From NCBI GenBank assembly GCA_964474885.1, contig CAYYWO010000007.1, positions 1-50,736 of the forward strand: DNA of 50,736 bases, in the 5' to 3' direction. The notes under the pieces are model-generated. The model did no database searches, had not been told where the DNA came from, and was given only the letters and a program-made list of their open reading frames with translations. Shown here piece by piece: positions 19,323-29,028 of the stretch; position 1 is the stretch's first letter; every line of letters begins with the position of its first letter. This DNA comes from Candidatus Hadarchaeota archaeon (lineage in GTDB: Archaea; Hadarchaeota; Hadarchaeia; Hadarchaeales; JAWBSP01). A program made the position numbers and the translations under genes.

Positions 19323-20641
19323 ACCTGACGCGACTGAAACCATACCTCCCATCATTGTTTTTTGTCTTAGCCCTCTGTGTCTTAGTGTTGAGTCTGTGGA
19401 GGCCTCACGCGGGTCACCACCGAATGGAGGAGGGAGACTTTCCAAACGAGTACGTGCCCGCCGTGACATGGCCGTTAGGATATTTTGAAGTGGCACCGGA
19501 AATCGAAAACGTCTGGATCGATAATGTACCTGCTCGAGTTGAGAATGGTAGGGTCTGGGTGGATAACCTAACGATAGGCTGGCATCAGCTCAAAGTCAGA
19601 AGAGGGGACAGTATCGAAGACAGGGGGAGGGCCCTTTACGTCACACCTTTCGGACCGGACAATTTCTTCTGGGTGTTCGTGACAGATGTCCACATAGCGA
19701 GGTTCGGAAAATACCTGAGGGAAGTGGCCGAGAACGGATTTAAACTCATAAACGAAATAGGCCCCGCCTTCGTATTCTGCGGCGGTGATGTGACAGACTA
19801 TGCCTTGGACTCCGAATACGAAGGATTTTTGAAGTGCAGGAAATCTCTAGAGCTTCCTCTCTATATGATCCCCGGGAATCACGAAACGTACATCGATCCG
19901 GATTTGGACCACTGGTCGGAGATGTTTGGACCGACAGACTACTCAGTGAAATTTGGGGATGCACTGTTCGTAGCCGCGAACGTGCTGGGGCCTTACAGAT
20001 CTTGGGGAGGAGCTACGCGAGAGGACTTGGAATGGATAGACAACCAACTGTCTAGGGATGGAAAAATAAAATTCTTCCTCAACCACCTACCAGTCGTTTA
20101 CAGTCAAACAACCATTTATACCATTTTTCCTCTCATCAACCGGGGCGAGTACAACACATGCGTGTGCCGGGGAACCGAGGAGCTGTTGGAGATCCTCAGA
20201 AGGGAGAACGCCATAAGTGTCTTTGGCCACTGGCATGTATTCGATGAACCCTTTGTGTACGAGAACCTTCTCTTTTTTCACGTACCTAGCCTAACGCCGA
20301 ACTCCAAAGGAGGTCTGATAAGATGGCTGCTGGGCGGGGGCATGATGGCGGGAGGATACGGATTTTACATCTTCAGAGTGGAGAACTGGAAACTGACTTA
20401 CGCGCATCCGATCGACATAAGGAAACTCGAGATAGTTAGGGAAAAGGCCTCGGATAGCGTGGTGGTGGTGCGGATTCGGAACGATCATCCCTATCCAGTG
20501 CCGCTAAATCTGAAATTCGATTTCAGGTGCGGGGCAAGCATAGATGGAAAGCCCGTGAGCTGTGTAACTTACGGCCAAGTTTCTTGGGTCAGGTTCGATG
20601 CACCCTCTGGCCTCACGACATTGACTGTGAGGAGGATTTAA
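19319..20641 (+). CDS. Membrane-anchored/secreted calcineurin-like metallophosphoesterase
   Basis: N-terminal hydrophobic anchor; TDVH, GGD, PGNHE, NH and GHWH motifs. Start reset to 19319. Confidence 0.85.
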   Translation: MNLTRLKPYLPSLFFVLALCVLVLSLWRPHAGHHRMEEGDFPNEYVPAVTWPLGYFEVAPEIENVWIDNVPARVENGRVWVDNLTIGWHQLKVRRGDSIEDRGRALYVTPFGPDNFFWVFVTDVHIARFGKYLREVAENGFKLINEIGPAFVFCGGDVTDYALDSEYEGFLKCRKSLELPLYMIPGNHETYIDPDLDHWSEMFGPTDYSVKFGDALFVAANVLGPYRSWGGATREDLEWIDNQLSRDGKIKFFLNHLPVVYSQTTIYTIFPLINRGEYNTCVCRGTEELLEILRRENAISVFGHWHVFDEPFVYENLLFFHVPSLTPNSKGGLIRWLLGGGMMAGGYGFYIFRVENWKLTYAHPIDIRKLEIVREKASDSVVVVRIRNDHPYPVPLNLKFDFRCGASIDGKPVSCVTYGQVSWVRFDAPSGLTTLTVRRI

Positions 20642-21098
20642 AGCCATAGCTTTTCGAAGATTACTGTTCCGGCAACAGCATGGGATTATTCTGAGCTTTT
20701 CCAGACCCGTCACTCCGATTGGGGGACGGTTCAAAACGTCATGCGGGGGTACTAGCGTTTTAAGTTCAGCCCCTCGTTTCTTTTTTCTACTCTCACCTCA
20801 ACCTCAGCCAAACCTACATCGACCGAATGTTTCCTCCCACCAAACTCGGTTTGCCCTGCCTATGGGTTTCAACCTCAGCTTGCTTGCTATTCTTTTGGGA
20901 TTACCAACTCGGCATGATGCCGCCGGTTTCAAGAGAACTCGCGTTTTCAGGGTAGCCCTCTGTGGGAAGTATCACCTGCGCGAAAACCGCTGGTATTTTA
21001 CCCGCATGTAGTGAAGCACTACTTTTTCATTTTCCTTGTGCTCCGCATGAGCCAGACATGGTGAGAGCGAGGTGAAGCGGGAACCAAGAGGGACTTAG

Positions 21099-21188
21099 CG
21101 CCGGGGAGGGGATTTGAACCCCTGCTCCCCCCATCAGGGGAACCGGATCTCGAGTCCGGCGCCTTGGGCCTGGCTAGGCTACCCCGGC
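21099..21188 (-). tRNA. tRNA-Ser(CGA)
   Basis: GCCGGGG/CCCCGGC acceptor, CCGGA-CTCGAGA-TCCGG anticodon arm, long variable arm, GGTTCAAATCC T arm. Confidence 0.95.
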
Positions 21189-21225
21189 TCCCTAATATCT
21201 TAAGCGATAGCTCGATTAAGCGTCG

Positions 21226-21807
21226 ATGCAGGAAGCCAGATTCCTGTACCTCGTGAAAAATCTGAGGGGAATCCTGTACTATTCAGAGCAGCGTGAGCAG
21301 GAGCTGGATTGGCTAAAGAGAAAGCTCAGATATCGAGAGGTTGCGATTTCGGAAACCCTCCCAATGCCAAGCAAATGGCGGAAACTGGTGGTTCTTCCGA
21401 AAATCGAGGATGACCCGGTGATAGACACTCTCCTGAACGCAAACCGGTACATAGTGCCTCTAATCCTGCTTGGTACATCCGCCCTCAAATCCCTCAAGAA
21501 GGGGATCGTAGCGGAGCTCAAAACCAAGCAAAAGTTCAGCGACAGGGAACTAAAGTTCAACCTGAGGCTGGTCAATTATGCTATCACGGATTTCTACGTG
21601 AAATCCATCGAGCTCGCGGAAAAGCAGAGGCTCAGGGAAAGGGAGAAGCTAGCAAGAACCGACTTGAAGAGATTCTGGAGGATCCAGCAGGACCCGAGGG
21701 GATCGACTTTCGTGGGTTATGTTGAACCGCTCAGGTTCGAACCGCTCGAGAAGAGGCTCCTCTCCCTGATACCCTTTCTAGTCATGGATTCTCGTTTTCT
21801 AGAGTGA
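21226..21807 (+). CDS. Hypothetical protein (193 aa, basic)
   Basis: Fills the gap between tRNA-Ser and the convergent glycosyltransferase; no motif recognised. Confidence 0.65.
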   Translation: MQEARFLYLVKNLRGILYYSEQREQELDWLKRKLRYREVAISETLPMPSKWRKLVVLPKIEDDPVIDTLLNANRYIVPLILLGTSALKSLKKGIVAELKTKQKFSDRELKFNLRLVNYAITDFYVKSIELAEKQRLREREKLARTDLKRFWRIQQDPRGSTFVGYVEPLRFEPLEKRLLSLIPFLVMDSRFLE

Positions 21808-22932
21808 TTAGCTAGCGCTGACAGATCTCAGGAGAGCATCCATCTGCGAGGCCACCCCGTCCCAGCTGAACTTATCTTGGACGAGCTTGAAGGCCTTTTT
21901 CGTTATCCGCCTTCTCAACATGGGATCTTCGAGCGCCCTTCCGATCTTACGGCTCAGCTCTTCGACATCTCCCAGTCTGAACAACAGTCCAGTTTTGCCG
22001 TCTTGAACAAGCTCTTTGAGTGCGGGTATATCGGAAACCACTGGGACGGTCTGCGATGCCCACGCCTCCAAAACCACTATGCCGAAGCCCTCGGTCGATG
22101 AGGGGAGTACAAGGACGTGGGAGGACTTGAGTAGCTTGATCTTCTTTTGCTCCGGGACGAAACCCTCGAAGCGGACTCTTTCCTGGATGCCCAACTTCTT
22201 CGCCAGAGCTTGCAGATATGGCTTCTCAGGTCCATCCCCCACGATCAGAAGCTCCGAGTCGGTACTCAGCCTCGAGAAGGCGTGCAGGAGGTGATCCACG
22301 TGTTTGTAGCGCACCAATCGACCAATGTAAACAATCCGAGGTCTTGTGCACTTTTTCGCTAGCACTTTTTGGAAGCTCTGTACGTCAACACCGTTGGGGA
22401 TCACGGCTATCTTATCTGGGGGCACTCCTGCCCTCACGAGCTTCTTCTTGGTAGTCTGGGAGACGGTAACTATACGTTCGTAATCCATCTTCAGGGTCAG
22501 ATTCTCAAAAACGGACATCAGGATCCCCTTTTTCCCGTATTTCTGCAGCCATGTCTCGCGGTAGACATCATGGATGGTGGGAACGATGGGCACCCTCTTC
22601 ATTCTCGAGAGGAGCCAGCATGGTGGAAGGGGAAAGAATTGTTGCGGAGCGCAAACGTCAAACTTTATTGAGAGTCCGCGTATCAAGTTCTTTATCATGA
22701 ACGTGAGTCCGTCTGAAACGGACTCGAGGGTAGGCCTCCCTGAGACCACTGAAACACGGTGGATGTGCACGCCCTCGTGCTCTTCCTCGGCCAGAAGCCC
22801 GCCGAATCTCCGCGTCACCACATGGACCTCGTGTTTCTTGGCAAGCCTCCTCGCGATCTCAAACATCCTCCTTTCTCCTCCCCCTGGGAGGTAGGGGTAA
22901 TAGTAATCCGAGGCTATTAGAATTCTCATCAC
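21808..22932 (-). CDS. GT4-family glycosyltransferase
   Basis: GGGE, HEVHVVT, IPNGVD, GRL...K and EGFGIVVLEA. Confidence 0.92.
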   Translation of the reverse strand: MMRILIASDYYYPYLPGGGERRMFEIARRLAKKHEVHVVTRRFGGLLAEEEHEGVHIHRVSVVSGRPTLESVSDGLTFMIKNLIRGLSIKFDVCAPQQFFPLPPCWLLSRMKRVPIVPTIHDVYRETWLQKYGKKGILMSVFENLTLKMDYERIVTVSQTTKKKLVRAGVPPDKIAVIPNGVDVQSFQKVLAKKCTRPRIVYIGRLVRYKHVDHLLHAFSRLSTDSELLIVGDGPEKPYLQALAKKLGIQERVRFEGFVPEQKKIKLLKSSHVLVLPSSTEGFGIVVLEAWASQTVPVVSDIPALKELVQDGKTGLLFRLGDVEELSRKIGRALEDPMLRRRITKKAFKLVQDKFSWDGVASQMDALLRSVSAS

Positions 22933-24044
22933 CTACTTTTGCTGTAGCTCTTTCGATAAACAGCCCTATATTTCCCCGTCTTTCTGGGGTGTGGAGGCTT
23001 GAAACCCCTTTTTATCTCTTTCATACATTGGGCGCAAACTAGGATTAGGTTGTCCAGATCGTAACCAGCCTCGTCGGTCAGCTTCACCACACGCAAACGA
23101 TGCGACCCCCTACAGTATTCACAGCGATTCCCTAGCTCCCGCCTGACGTACAAAGTGAATAGGTTGTCCGCGAGATTTTTTAGATCCCTTTTGTTCTCAA
23201 GCTTTTCCAACCATTCTGGAGGTATGTTCGAGTAACCATTGTGCGCTCCCGAGATGGCTCCGCTCATAGAGGCGATGGTGTCGGAGTCGCCCCCCAACGA
23301 AACCGCGTACAAGACGGTTGACTTGAAGTCCCGCGGCGACCTGAGAAAGCTGAAGAGGGCTGCCGGAAAGGAGTTGAAAACCTCGACGCCATTTCCTAGA
23401 ATTTGAACGACGTCTTCCTGTTTACCAGATGTCAGGAGCTCCTTTACGGCTTCTAGCTTATATTTGAAGACATTGCTCGTTGTCCATTTGTGAAGTTCAT
23501 CGATGAAGTCCAAGGGGTCGACAGCTCGGTGCTCTAGGGCAGCTCTTATGGCTTGTGCTTGCAGGATGGCCCCCTCTATTCCCAGGGGGTGAACGTGTGT
23601 TATTCTGCTTTCTTCTGCAACTTTTTCCGCGAGCTCTTTCCCCCTGTACAACAGAGCTAAGGGAGCCACCCTCATGGCCGCCCCGTTGCCAAAGGAGCCC
23701 TGCCCGCCCATTACCTGCTGAGCTAGGTTTTCCCAGGGATGCCCGTTAGCAATCTGTTGGAGGATCCATAATGTGTTCGGCCCGTACCCCCTGCTGGGGT
23801 CGAAATTTTGGGCGAAAGTCTTCGCTATCAGCTCTAGGTCCAAATCTCCCTCCTTCTTCACGAGCGACCGGGCTAGGTTGATGGTCATTTCGGTGTCATC
23901 CGTGTATCTAAGGGACATGATTTTTCGTGTCTCAGACTCTACGATCTCCGCAGAGGTTGGGGAGAGACCCTCGAATGGCCTGCCTAGGGCATCCCCTACA
24001 GCTAAACCGAGTAAACATCCGAGAAATTTATCTCTGAGGTCCAT
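22929..24044 (-). CDS. ADP-ribosylglycohydrolase (DraG/ARH family) with a C-terminal CxxC...CxxC HNH-like module and basic tail
   Basis: GLAVGDALG, YTDDTEM, GNGAAMR and GGDSDTIASM; then RCEYC...NLILVCAQC and KTGKYRAVYRKSYSKSR. Confidence 0.88.
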   Translation of the reverse strand: MDLRDKFLGCLLGLAVGDALGRPFEGLSPTSAEIVESETRKIMSLRYTDDTEMTINLARSLVKKEGDLDLELIAKTFAQNFDPSRGYGPNTLWILQQIANGHPWENLAQQVMGGQGSFGNGAAMRVAPLALLYRGKELAEKVAEESRITHVHPLGIEGAILQAQAIRAALEHRAVDPLDFIDELHKWTTSNVFKYKLEAVKELLTSGKQEDVVQILGNGVEVFNSFPAALFSFLRSPRDFKSTVLYAVSLGGDSDTIASMSGAISGAHNGYSNIPPEWLEKLENKRDLKNLADNLFTLYVRRELGNRCEYCRGSHRLRVVKLTDEAGYDLDNLILVCAQCMKEIKRGFKPPHPRKTGKYRAVYRKSYSKSR

Positions 24045-24826
24045 TATGGGGGCTCAAACTCCTTGCCCAAGTCAAGAGCGGTTTCGGAGGCAAAGGCCCT
24101 CTCAATCGAGGTCATGAGCTCCAACATTCCACTCCCCCGGGTTGCAGATACGGGTATGAGCTCCCCTGGCATCCCCAACCCCCTCAGTCCGGGAAGTATG
24201 GAAGATGCAACGTCTCTCTGCAAAGGGTTGGGCTCCTCCTGCATGGCATCCAGAAGGCTCTCTTGGTTATCCCACCAGTCCAGAATCCTGTTCAAATCAT
24301 CCTCCTTAATCAAGTCTGTTTTGGTCAGGGCTATGATCTGTGGGTTGCGGAATCGAACGAATACTGATGCTGAGAGCAAGAGGGTGGACACGAAGGTGCT
24401 CGGGGACCTGCACATGCAGGCATCCGCCAGGAAGAGCGTCCCCCTGTTCTCCCCAAGGGTTTTAACCACTATGGGGCCACTGTCCCTGAACGCGAAGAGC
24501 TCCATCTGTCCCGGTGTGTCGACCAGGACATAATCCGGTTTCATTCCCTTTATGATCTCTCGTAACCGATGCACATGGTCAACGAGTAAGTCGATTGCGG
24601 CTATCAACCCACCGTTTGGTCCGAGCTTGTATCTTCTCATTATTTCCGTGAGGGAAATGTCCTTCCTAATATCGATATCTGGCGTATAAGGGAGCCATTC
24701 TGCTCCAGGATCCAAATTCACCGTCACGCATTTGAGTTCGTACGATTCCATCGTTTCCAGCAAGCTAAGGGTCAGGGTTGATTTCCCTGAACCCGCGGGC
24801 CCGACTATATAGATGATGTTTGTCAT
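24044..24826 (-). CDS. GPN-loop GTPase
   Basis: GPAGSGKS, NLDPG, LGPNG, DTPGQMELF and TKTD. Confidence 0.93.
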   Translation of the reverse strand: MTNIIYIVGPAGSGKSTLTLSLLETMESYELKCVTVNLDPGAEWLPYTPDIDIRKDISLTEIMRRYKLGPNGGLIAAIDLLVDHVHRLREIIKGMKPDYVLVDTPGQMELFAFRDSGPIVVKTLGENRGTLFLADACMCRSPSTFVSTLLLSASVFVRFRNPQIIALTKTDLIKEDDLNRILDWWDNQESLLDAMQEEPNPLQRDVASSILPGLRGLGMPGELIPVSATRGSGMLELMTSIERAFASETALDLGKEFEPP

Positions 24827-24838
24827 CCACTTTTCCTG

Positions 24839-27800
24839 TTAGACCAAGAAATCGGCTAAACTGAGCTGTTTGGACCCCCCTTCTGAGAAGGTGCTCTTGA
24901 TTTCCTCCGCAAGCAGTTCAACTCTCTGCTTAAGATACTCACCCACATCGAACTGCTTGGCTATCTCAACCGCCAGCTGCAGGTACTTCTTTATCCCCCC
25001 TTGACTGACGGTGAGGACGAGGTTTCCTCCGCATTCGCATACACCGCTCAGGGGTACACGCCTGTATTTTTTGTTGCAGGAAGTGCACCTGAACTTTTGA
25101 GAAGCGAAGGCTCTCAGGTTCCCTCTTATGTCTGGAATGAAGTGATGTTCGATTAGTCGTCGGGCAACATCATGTTCGTCGACGGCTCTAATCCTTTTTG
25201 CCAGTTCAAGCTGTGTCCAGGCTTTTTCCTCCATCGTCTGGAGAACCTTGTAAGTAGTGTTCAATGGTCCATTGGAAATGCCTGAGGTGTCGAACATAAA
25301 GCCGATCTGATATTTTTGTTCGGAGTGTAGATTCTGTTCCACTACCTTTACCAAGTGAAGCAATTCGCTGGGATTCTTGCCTGCAGCCTGCTCATAGAAC
25401 TCGAGGGGGAGATCATAGTTGACCTCCACATGGTGTGCCTCTTTGTCGACCTCTAGTGGATCCACTCTGTAGGTTAGCATTAGGGGAGCATCCATGGTAC
25501 CACCTCTCTTTTCCGGTAAGAACCTCCGGCTAAAGTTCAGGAGTCCATCCAGAAGGAGCATGACTGAGTCCTGGTCACCATCGCAATCTCTTCTTCTGGC
25601 TGCGTGGAGGAAGGGGTGCGCGAACATCACGTTTGCATCCGTAAAGCCAATTATCCTAGCCACCACACCAACCGAAGTGTGCGGGGAGAGCGTTATGACG
25701 AGGTGTCCCACCAGATCCTCGGGAGACCTGCAGTTGTAGTATCTAGGCAGGTGGTAGAACTTCTCCAGCAGGTCGTCAAGGAAATTCGCCACCCTTACTA
25801 GGTACTCGGCGCAATCCCGGGAAATTATGATGTCCTGAACCTTTAGCTCCAGCAGCTGGTCTTCATTCTCCAGCGGTTTCTCCTTGAAATCCCGGTTATA
25901 GCCCAGTTTTTTCAGCTTGTCTATACTAACTCCAACCTCTCTCGGCCTGAAGTGGGTTAGGGGCATGTTGGTCGAATCGTATCGGACGGTTCCGTCCTTG
26001 AAAACGAAAATCTGATGTTTTGCCCTCAAGATCCCTTTCTCAAGTGGCTCGGGGATCTTGTAAGCGCTGGTCATTCCCTTGACACCCTTGATCTCCCTAG
26101 GGGGCTGCTCCTCCAGATTCCTCAACGCATTTTCAAGCATTTCCCTTAGGGGGATCATGCGCCTGGACGCAAAGGAAACACGCTCCCCGTGGATCCTGCA
26201 CCTCTCCTCATTGATTTCTCTATTGCAAACCGGACAGGATCTGAAGTACTCGGTTTCCGAGCCGCAATTTTCGCATTTCTTTCTTATGGTAATTCTCTGA
26301 CAGTTTGGACACCTCAGGTGCACGATCTCCGCTATAACCGGGACGCCGCTGCTTGCTGCCTTCACGATGCTTCTGGTGGGGCCCCCCGCCGTTGACACGG
26401 GGAATAGGATGTGGGGCGGCGGCTTCATTTTTCTTGGACTGGCTTTCTCAGGTCTTCCCATCCGAGTACCAACCAAAGCGGTCGTTTTTTGTCGGAGGGG
26501 GAGGCCAGCGATCTTTTCGACTATTGTGAGGACCTCTGTGTACTTCTCTAGAATCTCATACTTCTGATGGTTTTCAAGTCCCAGACATCGTATGAGGGGA
26601 AGCGCGAATTCCTCGATAATCACTTTGTTTTGCTCTACCCGATGAGGAACCCCGATTTGCTCTAGAAACTTCTTAGCTGGCGCAACTTGAAGCTCTAGGA
26701 CGGTCTTGTTTCCTTCACGTATGATTCGTGCACTCTCGAACCACTTTATCAGTTGTGATAGCTCTTCCTTGTTGAGAAATTGAAAATCAAAGGTGTAATA
26801 GGGATGCAAGGGCACTCCATATTTCTCCGAGAGCTCTATGGCAAGCTCGGGTGGGGGAGGCGGATATGGCGGTTCTAGGTAAACTGATAAATCCTGAGAG
26901 TCCGCCCCCCTCTTCTTGAGTTCTTTAGCCCACCACTCTTCACACCAGCATGGTGGTAACAGAGGGTGATTGTTTTCCAAGAACTCTCCGAAGCTGATCA
27001 AAAGATCCCCGAGGGAGAGTATCTCAATTACCTCATCCTTCAACCGCCTAGCTTCTTCTAGAGTTCTGATTCTAACCACAGAACCATCGCTGAGCTTGAC
27101 GGTGGGACCTTCAATGGTATCTACTGGTGCAATAGTAGCCGCCTTTCCTGGGAACTCGGTTTTTAACTGTGTCCCTACAGCTGGGAATCCGCCTAGGATC
27201 ACCATAGTTGCTGGATGCATACCCACGGTCGCGTACCCCGTGTTCCTTGCTCTCCCATACCTCACCCTGAAGCCACCCTGCCTCTGGGGATGGCTGAAAA
27301 CAGGTCTGCCACCTATCACCTCTTGGAGGTACCTTTCCTCCTCTTCATCCGCTTCCTCCTCGATTTCTTCCGTCTCCTCTGTTTCGGGGATCTCCTCCCG
27401 CTCTTTGCTCTCTTTAGCTTGGAAGTGGTGGGCAATTTCCTCCAGCCACTCCCATCCGTCCAGATTAAGTTTCTCAACGTACTTCAGCAGTTTGGGTGCC
27501 TTCTGAATGACACCTTCCGCAAGAGCCAGGATCGCCCCTCCCCTGACGAAGTCGTGCCCCACCCTTTCTAATCCCCTATTGGTAGTGACCGTGACATCTT
27601 TGTGGGTAGGCTCTCCCGTGACCTCCACAGGTATGTTCGCGACGGCCAGCCTTACCTCGTCCGGGGAAGGCGTGTACTGCAGGTGCTCGAGGTCTGCATA
27701 GAGCTCGGTTTCCTCAACGTACCGTTCGATTTCCTGCGGGGTGGGAACGAACTTATCCAAGTGGAGCTTTCTCCTTATCAGATCACCGATCAGGATGGTG

Positions 27801-28258
27801 AGAGCGGCGGCTGTACCACCGGCAGCCCTGATGGGACTGGCGAAGTGAAGTGCTAGCCACCTGCTTCTGGTGTCCCTTCTTATTTCGACCTTGGCTAACC
27901 CTTCTATGACGGCAGCAATGGGGACAGCTTCGGTGATTATAGCCAGTGCGAGCCGAAGAGCCTTCTCAGCAACCTTTTCATCATTCAGCTCCAGTTGCGT
28001 CAAGACGATGCGGTCGGCCAAGGTCATCGCGATTTCTTCCCGGTTCTTTCCTTCAGCCTCCAGCTTTCTAATCTCCTCGGCGATTCCGGGCAAGTTCAGG
28101 AGTTTCTCAACTCTTTCAGCATAGTCCCGGGTGACGATTATCTCAGGCTTCAGCTCGGGATCAAAGCCCTTCTCCCTAGCCCTTGAAGCTATCTCAAACT
28201 CTTTCTTGATCCGTTCCTCCAAGTGCGAGAAATAACTTTCGACTTCTTCGATTCTCAT
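24839..28258 (-). CDS. polC: DNA polymerase D large subunit DP2 (no intein)
   Basis: SPIRAAGGTA, RMGRPEK, FKDGTVRYD, RRDCDGDQD catalytic aspartates, Zn fingers and C-terminal PIP-like QLSLADFL. Confidence 0.98.
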   Translation of the reverse strand: MRIEEVESYFSHLEERIKKEFEIASRAREKGFDPELKPEIIVTRDYAERVEKLLNLPGIAEEIRKLEAEGKNREEIAMTLADRIVLTQLELNDEKVAEKALRLALAIITEAVPIAAVIEGLAKVEIRRDTRSRWLALHFASPIRAAGGTAAALTILIGDLIRRKLHLDKFVPTPQEIERYVEETELYADLEHLQYTPSPDEVRLAVANIPVEVTGEPTHKDVTVTTNRGLERVGHDFVRGGAILALAEGVIQKAPKLLKYVEKLNLDGWEWLEEIAHHFQAKESKEREEIPETEETEEIEEEADEEEERYLQEVIGGRPVFSHPQRQGGFRVRYGRARNTGYATVGMHPATMVILGGFPAVGTQLKTEFPGKAATIAPVDTIEGPTVKLSDGSVVRIRTLEEARRLKDEVIEILSLGDLLISFGEFLENNHPLLPPCWCEEWWAKELKKRGADSQDLSVYLEPPYPPPPPELAIELSEKYGVPLHPYYTFDFQFLNKEELSQLIKWFESARIIREGNKTVLELQVAPAKKFLEQIGVPHRVEQNKVIIEEFALPLIRCLGLENHQKYEILEKYTEVLTIVEKIAGLPLRQKTTALVGTRMGRPEKASPRKMKPPPHILFPVSTAGGPTRSIVKAASSGVPVIAEIVHLRCPNCQRITIRKKCENCGSETEYFRSCPVCNREINEERCRIHGERVSFASRRMIPLREMLENALRNLEEQPPREIKGVKGMTSAYKIPEPLEKGILRAKHQIFVFKDGTVRYDSTNMPLTHFRPREVGVSIDKLKKLGYNRDFKEKPLENEDQLLELKVQDIIISRDCAEYLVRVANFLDDLLEKFYHLPRYYNCRSPEDLVGHLVITLSPHTSVGVVARIIGFTDANVMFAHPFLHAARRRDCDGDQDSVMLLLDGLLNFSRRFLPEKRGGTMDAPLMLTYRVDPLEVDKEAHHVEVNYDLPLEFYEQAAGKNPSELLHLVKVVEQNLHSEQKYQIGFMFDTSGISNGPLNTTYKVLQTMEEKAWTQLELAKRIRAVDEHDVARRLIEHHFIPDIRGNLRAFASQKFRCTSCNKKYRRVPLSGVCECGGNLVLTVSQGGIKKYLQLAVEIAKQFDVGEYLKQRVELLAEEIKSTFSEGGSKQLSLADFLV

Positions 28259-29028
28259 GGATCCAGCTCCCCTAAGCTCTTTACAACGAGGTCCGGCCTG
28301 CTCTTCGATGGGGAGACCTCCTTGGTCACACCAGTCAAAACGAGGATGGTCTTCAATCCGAGCCTCTTCCCCGCAGGCACATCGGTGTCCAGCCTGTCCC
28401 CAACGAGTGCGGTCTCCTTTCGGGATGTTCCAAGGATGTCAAGTGCGAGTTCCAAGAGATAAGGCCGCGGTTTTCCCACCACGATGTCCGGTTCCTTGCC
28501 AGTTGCGGCTTTCAAGGCGTGCACAATCGCACCGGCGCCCGGGAGCAGGCCTTCAGGCGTGGGATATGAGCAATCGAGATTGGTTGCGATGAATTTTGCG
28601 CCCGAGAGGATGGCCCTCATCCCGGCTGCGAGTTTTTTGTAATTCAGCCGCCGGTCGAGCCCAACAACCACGTGTGTCGCTTGCCTCGCCTTTTCAATTG
28701 GGAGAATGGTTATTCCAGCTTCACGAAGTTCGCGGAGGAGACCTCTTTCTCCTATAGGGTAGACTGCTGGGCTGTCATCCTGGCTGATGATCCGAGCAGC
28801 ACCATATGCTGTTGTCAAAATGTAGTCCAGATGTGCAGGCAAGCCCATCTTCTTCAGCCTCTGAGCACAATCTGCTCGCGAGAGGGTAGAGTTGTTCGTC
28901 AGGTAGAGGATCTTTTTTCCCTTCCTTTGGATTCTTTTCAAGGCGCGGACAGCGCTTTTTATCGGTTTGCGTCCTAGCCAGACGACTCCGTCGAGGTCTA
29001 TAATGAGTGATTTTATCTGCTCAAGCAA
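28255..29028 (-). CDS. HAD subfamily IIA phosphatase (NagD-like)
   Basis: DLDGV, LTNNS, GKP and VGDRLDTD. Confidence 0.93.
   Translation of the reverse strand: MLEQIKSLIIDLDGVVWLGRKPIKSAVRALKRIQRKGKKILYLTNNSTLSRADCAQRLKKMGLPAHLDYILTTAYGAARIISQDDSPAVYPIGERGLLRELREAGITILPIEKARQATHVVVGLDRRLNYKKLAAGMRAILSGAKFIATNLDCSYPTPEGLLPGAGAIVHALKAATGKEPDIVVGKPRPYLLELALDILGTSRKETALVGDRLDTDVPAGKRLGLKTILVLTGVTKEVSPSKSRPDLVVKSLGELDP

Noticed and set aside
20700-20760. GACGGTTCAAAACGTC T-arm-like hairpin as a tRNA fragment or att site
   Set aside because: No cloverleaf and no match to the 3' half of the neighbouring tRNA-Ser.
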